Below, in pieces: positions 13,113 to 24,593 of a stretch of DNA of 64,000 nt. Both the position numbers and the translations under genes were made by a program. Every line of letters starts with the position of its first letter. Position 1 is the first letter of the stretch. Under the pieces are notes generated by a model that saw nothing but the letters and a program-made list of their open reading frames with translations, did not search any database and was not told the origin of the DNA. Origin of the DNA: Histomonas meleagridis 2922-C6/04-290x (Eukaryota; Protista; Parabasalia); the NCBI GenBank assembly GCA_020184695.1, contig JAANOX010000256.1, positions 302,597 to 366,596 on the forward strand, read 5' to 3'.

Positions 13113-14115
13113 TTAATTATTTCTATTATTAAATAAATATGAAAATATCGTTTGTAACACTGTTTGAAATGTTTTAATTCGATAACTCGTTGGAAAAGTT
13201 GATGAAAATTCATTTTCAATGTTAAGTCGAACAACTTTAACTTTAATTTCTGTCGCTTTCGCAATAATAAGCATTTCATAATCATATCCTGATGGCGTAA
13301 TCTTAAGTTGTCTAAAAATAATTCGTCCTGCTTCTCGCGAAAACATGACTGCGCCGCAAATGTTTTCGCGCACTTGATTTGACGCCATAAACGTCAAGCG
13401 CTTTGTTCGCTAAATATTCACAAAACACTGAGAGCGATGAACGCTTAATTTCATCATTTTCCGAATTCTTTAAATATTTACCAACAATAATAAATCGTTC
13501 CGTGTTATATAAATCATTAATTATCTCTTCTTGATAAGTTTCAAAGATAGAAAATGGAATACCTTGAAATGGAAGATACAAAAAGATGTATTGGCCCCGC
13601 GTACGAAGTCCTGAAATGGAAATACTTTCATTTAATGAACTGAAATATGGCAATGAAAGAACTCGAAATTCAGAATGTTCTCGTGAGAAATTAACTGAAA
13701 TATCATAAGTATTATCATTGGATGAATTATTAACAATAATAACTTCATACGTAAACTCAACATTTTTACTTTTATATTCTAGAAAATATTCATATATATC
13801 TGAAAGTAATGAAAATATTCGATCTTCTTCATTACGAATTGGAATTATAATAGAAAATTGAAGTTCAGAAAGATCATAAATTGAAGGAAAAAGAATATTT
13901 TCTCCTGGAATAGGTGAAGGTTCAATAAAAAATTGATGTGATGTTGATGTTTCTTTTATATCTTTTGTTTCATTTTTATTTGTTTGAACTTGTCGAGTTT
14001 TTGATTTCTTGAAAAAATTAAATCGTTCCAAAAATGCATAAACTAACATAAAAGCACAAGCAGCAAAAAGAAGAAATGATAAAAAATCTGCTATAAAAGG
14101 TGGTTCTGGTGACAT
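13113..14115 (-). CDS. ALG5-like (dolichyl-phosphate beta-glucosyltransferase) GT2 paralog, one frameshift near 13360-13370
   Basis: N-terminal TM segment, then FSIIIPIRNEE and YEVIIVNNSSNDNT. A second frame gives NICGAVMFSREAGRIIF...YDYEMLIIA, matching the ALG5 motif QCGFKLFTR.AA...F...FDVELL.IA. Removing one A from the A4 run joins the frames. Confidence 0.75.
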
Positions 14116-14246
14116 TTTGAATTTTTATGATTTGAAACCGATCAAAAATTAGGGTGCTTCATAAAATGAATATTGAAAAGTGTCACAACATCATAAAAAA
14201 AAATAAAATTTAAAATTTTATTTTATTAACAAACAAATTTACATAT

Positions 14247-17200
14247 TTAAAATATATAATGTTTATAAAAATGATTAACTGGTGAATATGGTGATGAATT
14301 AAACCATATTATCGCATCTTCCATTTTCATTTTACTTTCACCATCTTCTAAAATATATGTTTTCCCATAATAAAATTCTTTTTCTTTTTCATTATCATTA
14401 AAATATTCATATCCTGGATAATAAATCGTGTTTTCTTTTCTTGTATTTGAGTTACAAAACTTTTCAATCGATTGTTGGATTTCTTCTAAATAACTTTTCA
14501 TCCATTTAATTTCATGCGTTGTTATTATTGATGTTAATTTTTCTGAAAAAAGTTTCGCAATGTGATTATAACCTTTCCATATGTTTTCATACATCGCAAA
14601 ATAATATGAAATGCAAACAACATTTAAATATATTTCTTCTGGAACTGATTTTTAATTCAACTGTTTCAATAAATTTGTTCAGTTCTTTAATATAACAAAA
14701 ATCTGTTTTTAATTTTTCTTGAACAATATTTAAATACAATTTAATTCCTTCTAAAAGATTTCCACTTAAGAACAAATTATGAATTTTCTCTTTTTCATTA
14801 TTTACTTGAAATGTTAAATATTTCGTCGGCTCTTCAATATTAATTTCTTGATAAAATTCTTCTCTTTTATGAATATCTTCAAAATATATCGATATAACAA
14901 ATCGTTTCTTTTCTGTTTCATTTAATTTGGTAAAAATTTCTTTTTCATATCCAAATTTGATACATATCATTATAAATCGTTCTTTAATCGTTGGATTATT
15001 AATTGTTAACATTTGATCAATTAAATACGCTGCAATTGGTTCGCCATGTTTCATTAAAATATGTTCGGCTGAATATATATCGCCAATACTTAAATATGAT
15101 GTCGCAGAAAGATAAATATTCCCTTTTTCTAAATAATATTTCGATCGTTGATATCCAAATTTATATTCGAGATAAAGATCTTGTTTTTGAAATTCTTCGT
15201 CAAGAAATGGTTTCGCGCGCTGTTTCTTATATTTCGTTGTCCTCGTTATTTTGTTTTGATTTAAATTCGAATATTTTCGTTGAAGTGCTATAATTAATGC
15301 TTTATCTTCTTCATTAGTTTCAATTAATATTTGAAGCGCTTCATCAATATTCCCAATCGCAAGTTGATAATTACAAATTTCATTATTACTTGTCATTAAC
15401 TTTGAGCGATTGTTCATCATTTCACGCCAAAATTCATATGAAACTGACGCTGATATTGCAACTGATAAATCATATTCACCTGAACTAAACATTTTTTCAC
15501 AATAATGTTTATTATTACCAAGAAATAATTCAACTTCTGCTAAATGTTGAAGTTTTTCTTTAGATTTAATGGCACGTTTAATAATCCGCGTTTCATTATG
15601 ATTTTGATCTAAAATTTCTTTCGAAATGGATTTTTTGGTTAATTTAATAAGATCATTAATATGTGGAATATCAAATTTTGTAAAAATTAATTTTTCTTTA
15701 TTCTTTCCAATTCGTTTAGTGATTTTAATTAATTGTTCAAGACCTTTTAAAGGTTTAAGATAAAAAGAATCTAATCGAAGAATATTTTTCAACATTTTTT
15801 CTTTAAAAATTTTATCCAATGACCAATATTTAATCGATGATTCAAATCCTAATGTTATTAAAAGAAAACAATTCGTAGGTGAAATTGCTAATGATAATAT
15901 TGACGAATTATGCGCTATAAATTTGGTGATAATAATATTTAATTTATAATTGTAAATAATAATTTCTCCTTTTATATTACTAATTATAATTATGTTTTTA
16001 ATATATTGATGAAATTTAATGCATGTGATGGAATATTTATAATTTCCAATCGTTTCAAATGTTTTCTCTTTAAAATTCCATAACTTTAAATTACCTTTAA
16101 TATCACCTGTAACAAATAAATTGGAATCTGTCGGTGAAAAAAACAAATATAATTTATAGTATTCGGTGAATTTTCATCTAATTCTGGAACTAAGTTAATT
16201 GTCGTCGAATTATTTTTATCTTTATAAATTAATGAACCACATTCACATGAATAAATTATTCCATTATCTTCAAAAGGTATAAAAATTCCATAAATTGGAT
16301 AAATATATTGTGTCTCTGTTCTAAATACAAATTCTTTAGTTTCAATATTATAAATATAAATTCCATAACATTTTTGACAAATAAGTAATAATTCGGAATG
16401 AAAATGATTAAAATTGATACTTAAAATTGGTTGTTTTTCTGATATTTTAATGTTTTGTATTAATACTTTCGTTTGTAATGAAAATAATCCAACAATTCCA
16501 CTTACGTAGCCGCAGCCAACAATGCCGCCGCCTGGTGAAATGTCCATGCACGTCATTTTCCCAAATTTTTCAATTGGTTCAATGCGATCAATACGTTCTA
16601 TAGAGTTTATATTCCAAATACAAATAGAACCTTCGCCACCTGTGGTAACAAATATATCATTAGAATTTGGTAAAAATTGAATTGATATGGATTTAAACCA
16701 ATGACCTGAAATATTTTGTTTGATGATTCTTTTGAATTGAATATCATATATACAAAATGTTCCATCTTTAAACCCAATCGCAATTCGATTTTCTTTAATC
16801 GATTTCATACTTGAAAATCCAATATTAGAAATTGAAATGATTTCATTAGGTTCATTAGACGTAGAATTCCAAATACGTAAAATTCCTGTCCGTGAATCGC
16901 CTGTGTAAAATAGCCCTGGATATAGTGTAGACCAAACACCTGTTTTAAGTGAATATGATAAACCTTTAATAAAATGAACTAATCCAATGTTATTCCGAAT
17001 GTCGAAAATTCCAATGCCATTCTTAAAGATAACTAAACAATTCGTTTCACAATTAGGATCAAGTTCAACTGATGTAACTGACCCTCCATTAGTGTAATAT
17101 TTTGTATCAATTTCATGTCCGTTAATACGAATTATATGTCCAAGCCCATTACCTCCAAAAATTATTGGATATTTATCATAATTAAATTGTGTAATAGCCA

Positions 17201-17672
17201 TTATACGCATATTAGAAAAATCTCCAATTTCTGTTTTTGTAGTTGTCCCATCAAGTGAATAAAGAAAAAAGATAGAAAAATAACACGACCAACAAAATAA
17301 TGTTAAATCTTGATTCCGCCAACAAATCGAGATAATTATTTCTTCATTAGGAATTGTTCGTATAATTTCTTGACTTAAAATATTAACAATATGAATTTCT
17401 TTAGAATAATAACTAATAGCTATTAGTTCTGTTTGAATACTTGCAAGAGAAATAGTTCGAATAGCATTTTGTGATGTTATAACATTAATATTCTTTAATG
17501 TGATTTGATCATAAACATAAACTGATAATAACGTTGCATAAGCAAAATATTTAGAATTTTGTGTTAAAACACTTGTGGATAAATTTTGTATACCTGGATA
17601 ATTCATATTTATAAGATCTCCTTTTTGATATTTTAATAATTGATGAATATCATCTTCTTTTGTTTCATTCAT
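14247..17672 (-). CDS. WDR17: WDR17-like WD40-repeat protein, two frameshifts (about 16137-16143 and about 14650)
   Basis: Multiple WD40 repeats (LRIWN, ICIWN, LKLWN, IKYWS). The C-terminus LEDGESKMKMEDAIIWFNSSPYSP resembles the WDR17 tail (EDG.S..S..DA.MW....P.SP). Three ORFs join across homopolymer runs. Confidence 0.7.
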
Positions 17673-17739
17673 TAAAAATAAACGTGCTTATATGATGGAA
17701 GCCGTTTATTTATAATGATATACGTTTAATAAAAATTAT

Positions 17740-18555
17740 ATGAATAATTCTTCAAAAGATAATTTTTCAAAATCATTAGATTTTCAGTGTATAATTCATA
17801 AAATACAATGTGAAAGAGCTTTAAATTATTATTTATTATCATTATTTAAAACAGAATCTAAAAATAATTTCGAACAAATAACAACAAAATTAAATTCTAT
17901 TATTCCTAAATCTTACTTAAAACCAATAAATCATACAGAACAAGAAAATTCAGGAGAAGATGATTATAATGAACTCAATCAATATTTAGAAGAAAATAAT
18001 TTAACGATTCCTCAAAATAAATTCGAATTCTTTTCAAATCTTTGAAGATAGTGTTTCCGATATAGATAACTTACGTAAAGAAATTTCACGATCACAATTT
18101 TTCAAGCAATTTATTTACATCATTTGGAAAGTTGTTTGTTGATTTTTGATGATATTGAAATCCAAAATCAGAAACTGAATGAAGAACTAGCGAAACTTAA
18201 ATATGAAAAACTTAAAACACGAATAACTATGAATGATGAAGAACCTAAAACACCTCAACGACAAATTAATTTTGATTTTAGCACACCAAATATTTCAATT
18301 GATGAACGATTTCACGAATTAAAAGAAGAACTTCGTTGCATTAATGAACAAGGAAAAGAACTCATCACACAAAAATCAAATTTAGAAAGAGAAATCTCGA
18401 AATTAATTAAAGGTGACAACATAAAACACGAAGAAACAGAACTTGAACGAGAAATTCAAGAAATATCAAGAGAAATTTCACATTTAAATACGAAATATAC
18501 AATCTTGAAAATGGAAAATAAAAGATTGAACAATGAATTAAATAATAAAAAATAA
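17740..18555 (+). CDS. Hypothetical coiled-coil protein, two frameshifts (about 18040 and about 18100)
   Basis: ORFs 17740-18045 and 18124-18555 are bridged by an open intermediate frame. The C-terminal half is E/K/L-rich and heptad-like. Confidence 0.55.
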
Positions 18556-18813
18556 TATTAAAACTAAACATGTAAATGTCAATTGAATAAATAAGAATAT
18601 AATCAATAAATACAAAAATAAAATTAGTTTTTTAATATCAATAAAATTTAAGTTGTTCATTACAATTCGTTTGTATATGTGTGATTAATCATTTTATATA
18701 TATATATATATATTGTTGTTGTTTGTTTTGTTTTTGTTTTCTGCACAACAAAAATGTTATGTAAAATTAAATTCTCAACTATTGATACTAAATTATATTA
18801 TTTATTATAATCA

Positions 18814-18945
18814 ATGAACAACCATTCAATAATTCAACAGTTTGCCAAATCATCATTTATTTCAATAAAAATAGTTTTATTCGGAGATGGATATGTTGGT
18901 AAAATGATAACAACAATAATGTTATATTTAAATACAGTTCATTAA
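18814..18945 (+). pseudogene. Truncated small-GTPase relic (P-loop only)
   Basis: 43-codon ORF MNNHSIIQQFAKSSFISIKIVLFGDGYVGKM... contains the Rho/Ras G1 signature (IK.V..GDG.VGK) and then stops. Confidence 0.55.
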
Positions 18946-19117
18946 TGAACTAACAAAAAATCATTTTCCTCAAAATAAACAATAACCTATATTTTTATAT
19001 ATTTCCTATGATGATTTTTCATTTAACATATTAGTGATTTGTGTCATTTAGTCTCAGAACATGAGATATTAAACTTTAATTTTTGAAGGTTAGAGTCGGT
19101 ACTAGTTAACCTTCTTT

Positions 19118-19696
19118 ATGTCAATACAAATACTTTTATTAGGATCTGGTTGTGTTGGTAAAGTAGCATCAGTACTTAGAGAGACTTGTGGGGTGTTTTA
19201 TTGTGAATTTGAGTATCATTTTGATGATACTTATTCTTTAAAAGTTAAAATCAATAATAAAGAAATATCAATCAAAATTACTGTAATTCCAGGTCAAGAA
19301 GAATTTTCAGCACTCATTCCACTGCATGCAAGAAAAGCAAATGGCTTCATAATAATGTACTCAATAACTGAAATTTCTACTTTTCAAAGCATAGAAGACT
19401 ATTATAACACCATAAAAAATATAAAAGGAACAACCAATATACCGCTTTTAATCTGTGGCAATCAGAGTGATCTTTCAGATCAAAGAAAAGTAAGTAAATC
19501 CGAAGGAGAAGAACTTGCGAAAAGGCTTGGTGCGGAATTTTTAGAAACATCAGCAAAAGACAACATAAACATAAAAGAAATGTTTGAAACAATTGTTCAT
19601 CTTGTACTTCAAAATCCAGAAACAATTGTTGACAAAGAAGAGGAATCGAATACTCAAAGAAAACGCGAGAATAAAGAAATATGTTTTATTAATTAA
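19118..19696 (+). CDS. Divergent Ras-family small GTPase (possible pseudo-GTPase)
   Basis: G1 GSGCVGKV, G3 VIPGQEEF, G4 GNQSD, G5 ETSAK, C-terminal CFIN (CaaX-like). Confidence 0.85.
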   Translation: MSIQILLLGSGCVGKVASVLRETCGVFYCEFEYHFDDTYSLKVKINNKEISIKITVIPGQEEFSALIPLHARKANGFIIMYSITEISTFQSIEDYYNTIKNIKGTTNIPLLICGNQSDLSDQRKVSKSEGEELAKRLGAEFLETSAKDNINIKEMFETIVHLVLQNPETIVDKEEESNTQRKRENKEICFIN

Positions 19697-19904
19697 TATT
19701 GTAATAATAAATAAATTCTCAAAAATTTATCATTTAAATAATAAACTTTGTAAATATCAAAATATATAATTTTAAGATATAAATGTAATATCTATTTGAA
19801 AATAAATTATTTTATGTATTAAAAATTATGTATATTTAATAATATCGTATGAAAGTTTGTTAATATTGAAGAAGAACTTTTATTTAATATAAAGTTTGCT
19901 TAGT

Positions 19905-19907
<3 letters not shown>

Positions 19908-19941
<34 letters not shown>
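19908..19941. repeat. (AT)n microsatellite
   Basis: About 17 perfect AT units. Confidence 0.95.
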
Positions 19942-19943
<2 letters not shown>

Positions 19944-20693
19944 CTATTTTAAATATATTATTATATTTGATATTTATTATCAAATATGATTTCGAAATTC
20001 AAATTATTTTCAAATATTCTATTTGTTAAAATTATTTCAAAGTAAAAACATAAATATTTTTAAAATGAGTATCAAAACAAATATTTTCAACATTAATATC
20101 ATCTTTTTTATTCTAGAAATATTTTAATTACTGTATATTAATGTTGTTTGATTAAGAACAAAATAATCTTGTGATGATATTTTTTTGAAGTTTTTCATTT
20201 GCTGAATCTTTTTATTTAATTAATTTCTTATGAATCATCATATCCTTTTTGGAAAGTGCAGCATTCTCTAAAAAGAGTTGTAATATTCATGATTTATTTC
20301 ATTAATTAGATGATATAAAATGAGTAAAATATAGGGTTATCTTTTTGATAATATTTGGGTTTATTGATTCATCTTCATTCACGCCTTTAATATTGAAATT
20401 TTATAAAATTTTTCTTAAATTTAAGATGAAATAAATATCTAAAGAAAGTGTTCAATACGTAGTAATATGGTATGCATTAATTTTCTTATTTTCCTTTAAA
20501 TAATCTCCATATAATTGAAACTTATTTTATCGAAACATTTTGGAACAAATAATATATATGTGAATTTTGAAATACATGTAAAAGCTCGGGAAATATATAT
20601 ATATAATGATTTTTTTATACTAGAAGGTAATTGCTGCCTATAATATAGAAGATTTTAACTTGTACAATCGCATCATATATGATTATTTGACAT

Positions 20694-21233
20694 TTATTTA
20701 CTCGTGATACCCCATTTAACACTATTTTTATTGATATATTGAGCAGATTCGATACATGAATTTTCTATGTTGACATTTGCCAAAGCAGATGTTTCAAAGA
20801 AATGAACATTTAGTCGTTTAGCAATGGAACTTCCTTCAAATTTAGAGACAACGCGTTGATCTTCAAGATCACATTTGTTCCCACATATAACAATTGGAAC
20901 AATTTTTTCTTTTTTAGCCTCTATTATAGCATCGTAACAACTCTTTATATATTTAAAACTGAGATGGTCATCTATTGCATAACAAATGATGAAGCAGTCG
21001 TGACTCATTGCATATCTTACTAACATTCCATGAAATGGTTCAGATCCACTGATGTCGGTAATTTCAAAGTCAAAGCCTTTATTGTTAATTTCCATAAAAC
21101 GATGATATTCGTCAGACATTACTGTAACATGAACATACGAAAAAATTCCATCCACAAAACGCCTTATAAGCGATGTTTTGCCAGAACCTGGATACCCCAT
21201 AACAAGGACTTTGCAAGTTTCGTTGCTTTTCAT
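20694..21233 (-). CDS. Ras-family small GTPase lacking a CaaX tail
   Basis: G1 GYPGSGKT, G3 DISGSE, G4 GNKCD, G5 ETSA. No C-terminal cysteine. Confidence 0.85.
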   Translation of the reverse strand: MKSNETCKVLVMGYPGSGKTSLIRRFVDGIFSYVHVTVMSDEYHRFMEINNKGFDFEITDISGSEPFHGMLVRYAMSHDCFIICYAIDDHLSFKYIKSCYDAIIEAKKEKIVPIVICGNKCDLEDQRVVSKFEGSSIAKRLNVHFFETSALANVNIENSCIESAQYINKNSVKWGITSK

Positions 21234-21459
21234 TTAGTTATGGGTGTTATAAACAAATATTTATGAAAACGAAAATACTTTCCTATATTTCAGAAAAAGT
21301 ACTTTGAAACTCACCTGCCTGAAAAAGTTTGTGTTTGTATCTTAAATGATCGGAAACTGCCAATCGCTTGGAAAATTGTTAACGTTTTGAAGGGGTCTTA
21401 TTGTACAAGCAATGATGCAGGCCTTATAAAGAAATTGTATCACTTATTCGAAGTATGAT

Positions 21460-22006
21460 TAGGGTTGGCAATGGGAGGAATTTGGACCCCAAATGGAGGG
21501 GGGAAAAAGCATAAGTGGGGATAACGTATTTTTAACGGTCTCTTTCATGAACAACAAAAGATTTTTTTTTTTTTTTAAAATGAACAACAATAATTTATTA
21601 TAATATATTTTTATCAAAATTATGAAAGAAAATTCCTCGCTTCTTCTAAATGTTCTCCTATTCTTGTTCTTAAATCAGATTTAATTTTTTTCAATTTAAA
21701 AAACCCTCGTTCTGCTGATGCCTCTGTTGCTTGGATAGTTAGAAGAAGTGAGCAAATTCTTGAAAAAGGTTTCCAACCATTATCAGATTCAAGAAATTTG
21801 AAATATCTATGTGTTTCGAAATTTCTCTGTGGTTGTAATGGTAAATTATTAATATCTTCTGTAAACCAATAAATAAACTTTTCACGTACTAAATTAATAT
21901 CCATTTCTTTATATTTAAACATTTCAGCAATATTAAGTGTTCTTTCTAGCAATGCTTCCATTGTAAATGAGTTTTCATTTATTTCTTCCATTACTAAAGT
22001 ATGCAT
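21460..22006 (-). mobile_element. hAT transposon remnant (C-terminal dimerisation domain)
   Basis: ORF 21620-22006 contains WKPFSRICSLLLTIQATEASAERGF..LK.IKSDLRTRI, the hAT dimerisation motif. TAGGGTTGGCAA at 21460 resembles a hAT terminus. No partner TIR was found. Confidence 0.7.
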
Positions 22007-22052
22007 TTCTGGTAAATTATGTTTACTCTAAAAATTAAAACAGAAATTTTTT

Positions 22053-24563
22053 TTATTTTTCATTTCCGAAAATTTGAGACAACAATTCAATTCCGTTAAA
22101 CTCCAAATTAGACTTAAACAACGACTGGTTATTGTTCTCTTCGTATTCCTTTATGTACAATGTCTTTATATTCGACACAACATAGCTATATAATATGAAA
22201 GCAATTTCATCAGATAAATTGTTGGAAGATACCAATCGTGGAACACTATTACAAAAAGGTGCTTTGATAGATGAAATATACTTTAAAACTTTCATCGAGT
22301 AGAGACCTTCCATTACTTTCTTTATAGTGATGACAATATGCCAATTTGTAAAATCATGATTTTCATAATATACTTCAGCAGGTGATTCATTAAAGATAAT
22401 AAGGGCAAAGCTTTTCGTTGGATCAAATTCTTCTTGAAAATGAAGCTTACTACAATATAAAAACCTGAATAGTGCTGTGTCATAAAAGGGTATTGAAAAA
22501 GTTGGAGTGAGACCGTTAATGTCAGGCGGTTTCTGTAAAAAGTGACCAAGTTTTGATGTGAATTCGTTAAATGCCGTTGAAGATGATTTTTCTCCAAAAA
22601 GTTCAGTGGAAGAAGATGTTAAGCGAGTTAATGAGATAACATATTGCTTACGGCCTAAGTTGGCTTCGTAAACTTTTAGTTGCTCTATGGAATTTTCGTC
22701 AAGTGGAGTAATGTTATATTGATTTGATTGTGTAAAAAGACCAAAAGCAGAAAGAAGATAAAAAGTATCACGTTTCCGAGTATGGACTTCTACTGGTGTA
22801 TATGGAATGAATGGATTATTTTCAGAAGGAGTAAGTGGTAATGGAGATGGCTCATCAACTTTACTTGGCATGCCTGGAATTGGGGAAAGATGGTATGCTG
22901 ACATTGATAATTTGTTTCTACAAACGACAATTGCTCTCTCATCATCTATGAATTCACTTGAAACAATTGTAGAATTGAATTTGAAATAATCGCGTTGACG
23001 TGGAAGAATATCTTCAATGTCAGAAGCATTTAACTGGTAACGTAGAGGTGAAGCCACGAAGTTTGCAAGTTGATCACGAAGAAGTGAATTTTCGAGATTA
23101 TGTAAATAATCATTGATTGAAACAATGCATTGTTCATCTTTACGAACTGTTTCAACATACGCCAGTATTTCGATTAGCGAAAGAGTTAAATATTTATGCA
23201 TTTCGGAAGTTGATTTTTCAATAATTTTTGATATCACATTTGATGAAACAAATGATGGAAACATGTGTGATGCAAAGCCAAATAATAAAACAATCTCTGG
23301 ATTATAGCGACGACCAAGTATTTCGCTAAAAATTTTCTTATAATTTTCTTTCTTTGTTAATAATGTAATATAAAGTAAATTATAACTACTTAATGAATGC
23401 TGTAATATCTTAGAGTAAATTAATTGGAACATTTCCACTTTTCCTTCAACCTCTAAATTTGGAACAGATAATAATTCGCATAAATTACAACATACCAAAT
23501 CCATTCCATCTGAAGAGAAATTTAGATCTCCAATCGATCCAATAGCTGATATCAGATCACCAACAAGTGATAATACAAACTCAGGTCTCGAGTAAACTAT
23601 GTGCGATAGAAAAACGATAATACTCGTAACGTGCTCCGGACGGTTTTTCAGTAATTCTTTGCGAATTGAATTAGCAAAAATTCCAATCCATTTAGAATCA
23701 GGAACAAGCTTTCCCTGGCCAAAAAGCTCAAAAAGTTCTTTGTAATATTCAGGAAGCATGTAATCAAAAGGGAAAACTGCATCACCAAAAGAATTAAGAA
23801 GAGGATCAACTGGAATAAGAAAGCGAAATAGTCCAATACGTATTGTTTGAAGAGAACGAATAATGCTAAGTAAACAATGGCAACGAACTTCTTTTGTAAT
23901 TTCACGGGTTAACATTGTTTTAAGAAGTAATAAAACAAATTCTTTTGGAGCAGGCTTTTCTTTGCTCCAAACTCCTGATTCAGCAATTTTGTTGGTGTGC
24001 TTTCCTGTGAGAGTCGCAATTGCAAAAAGTGTTCCTACAAAATTTTCCCAATATTTATCAATAGGTTTTTCAGAAAGAAGCTTTAATGCGTCTGAGGTGT
24101 TAAGTCCTGAGCAAAGAAATATGTTCATTGAAAGTTCTAAAATCTTTTCTTTTCCATCAGCTGCAAATGATGCAAATTTTGGAAGAATTCTCATTAAAAA
24201 ATCCCATGTTTGTGGTTCCAACGGAAATGGAGGCGTGTAAATAATATTTGAAAACATTTCTGATAACTCTGATACTTTTATTCTTTTACTTCCTGAAACT
24301 TCATTTAAAATAGAATGAATAACTTTTCGAAGATATTCATTTTGAGCAGCATCAGAGACGCCAAAACAGATCATTCCTGAAAACCACAATTTTATCGCAT
24401 TGAATGTTTTCATAAGAAGGGCATCATTATTTCTCGAAATAGCTTCACCCCAAGCTTCGTAAATTTTTTCAAGATTTGGGATTGATGTCTTATTTGCAAA
24501 TGAATGATTTGCCTCCTCTTTTTCCATTCGTGATAAAAATTTGCTTTCTGAAGGCCGATACAT
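22053..24563 (-). CDS. RapGAP-fold protein (RalGAP-beta/tuberin-like), catalytic Asn apparently absent
   Basis: Helical N-terminus. The C-terminus has SSSTAFNEFTSKLG, FALIIFNE and IVITIK...GLYSMKV, matching the RapGAP domain pattern, but the KRHIGND motif is replaced. Confidence 0.65.
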   Translation of the reverse strand: MYRPSESKFLSRMEKEEANHSFANKTSIPNLEKIYEAWGEAISRNNDALLMKTFNAIKLWFSGMICFGVSDAAQNEYLRKVIHSILNEVSGSKRIKVSELSEMFSNIIYTPPFPLEPQTWDFLMRILPKFASFAADGKEKILELSMNIFLCSGLNTSDALKLLSEKPIDKYWENFVGTLFAIATLTGKHTNKIAESGVWSKEKPAPKEFVLLLLKTMLTREITKEVRCHCLLSIIRSLQTIRIGLFRFLIPVDPLLNSFGDAVFPFDYMLPEYYKELFELFGQGKLVPDSKWIGIFANSIRKELLKNRPEHVTSIIVFLSHIVYSRPEFVLSLVGDLISAIGSIGDLNFSSDGMDLVCCNLCELLSVPNLEVEGKVEMFQLIYSKILQHSLSSYNLLYITLLTKKENYKKIFSEILGRRYNPEIVLLFGFASHMFPSFVSSNVISKIIEKSTSEMHKYLTLSLIEILAYVETVRKDEQCIVSINDYLHNLENSLLRDQLANFVASPLRYQLNASDIEDILPRQRDYFKFNSTIVSSEFIDDERAIVVCRNKLSMSAYHLSPIPGMPSKVDEPSPLPLTPSENNPFIPYTPVEVHTRKRDTFYLLSAFGLFTQSNQYNITPLDENSIEQLKVYEANLGRKQYVISLTRLTSSSTELFGEKSSSTAFNEFTSKLGHFLQKPPDINGLTPTFSIPFYDTALFRFLYCSKLHFQEEFDPTKSFALIIFNESPAEVYYENHDFTNWHIVITIKKVMEGLYSMKVLKYISSIKAPFCNSVPRLVSSNNLSDEIAFILYSYVVSNIKTLYIKEYEENNNQSLFKSNLEFNGIELLSQIFGNEK

Positions 24564-24593
24564 AAACGTTAACGAATCCGATTCCAGTTTAAA
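24564..24593. promoter_or_regulatory. 30-bp head-to-head intergenic spacer (candidate bidirectional promoter)
   Basis: Start codons at 24563(-) and 24594(+) are separated only by AAACGTTAACGAATCCGATTCCAGTTTAAA. Confidence 0.6.

Noticed and set aside
6884-16146. Euplotes-type stop-triggered programmed +1 frameshifting as the main explanation
   Set aside because: Where motifs locate the shift it is at a homopolymer well upstream of the stop, three shifts are -1, and the genes at 22-50 kb are unaffected. It is kept only as a low-probability alternative.
21226-21317. Possible intron upstream of the minus-strand Ras gene (CAG|GTGAGT ... ACTAAATGAAAAG)
   Set aside because: The putative upstream exon has no ATG before an in-frame stop, and the single-exon ORF already has a complete G1 box.
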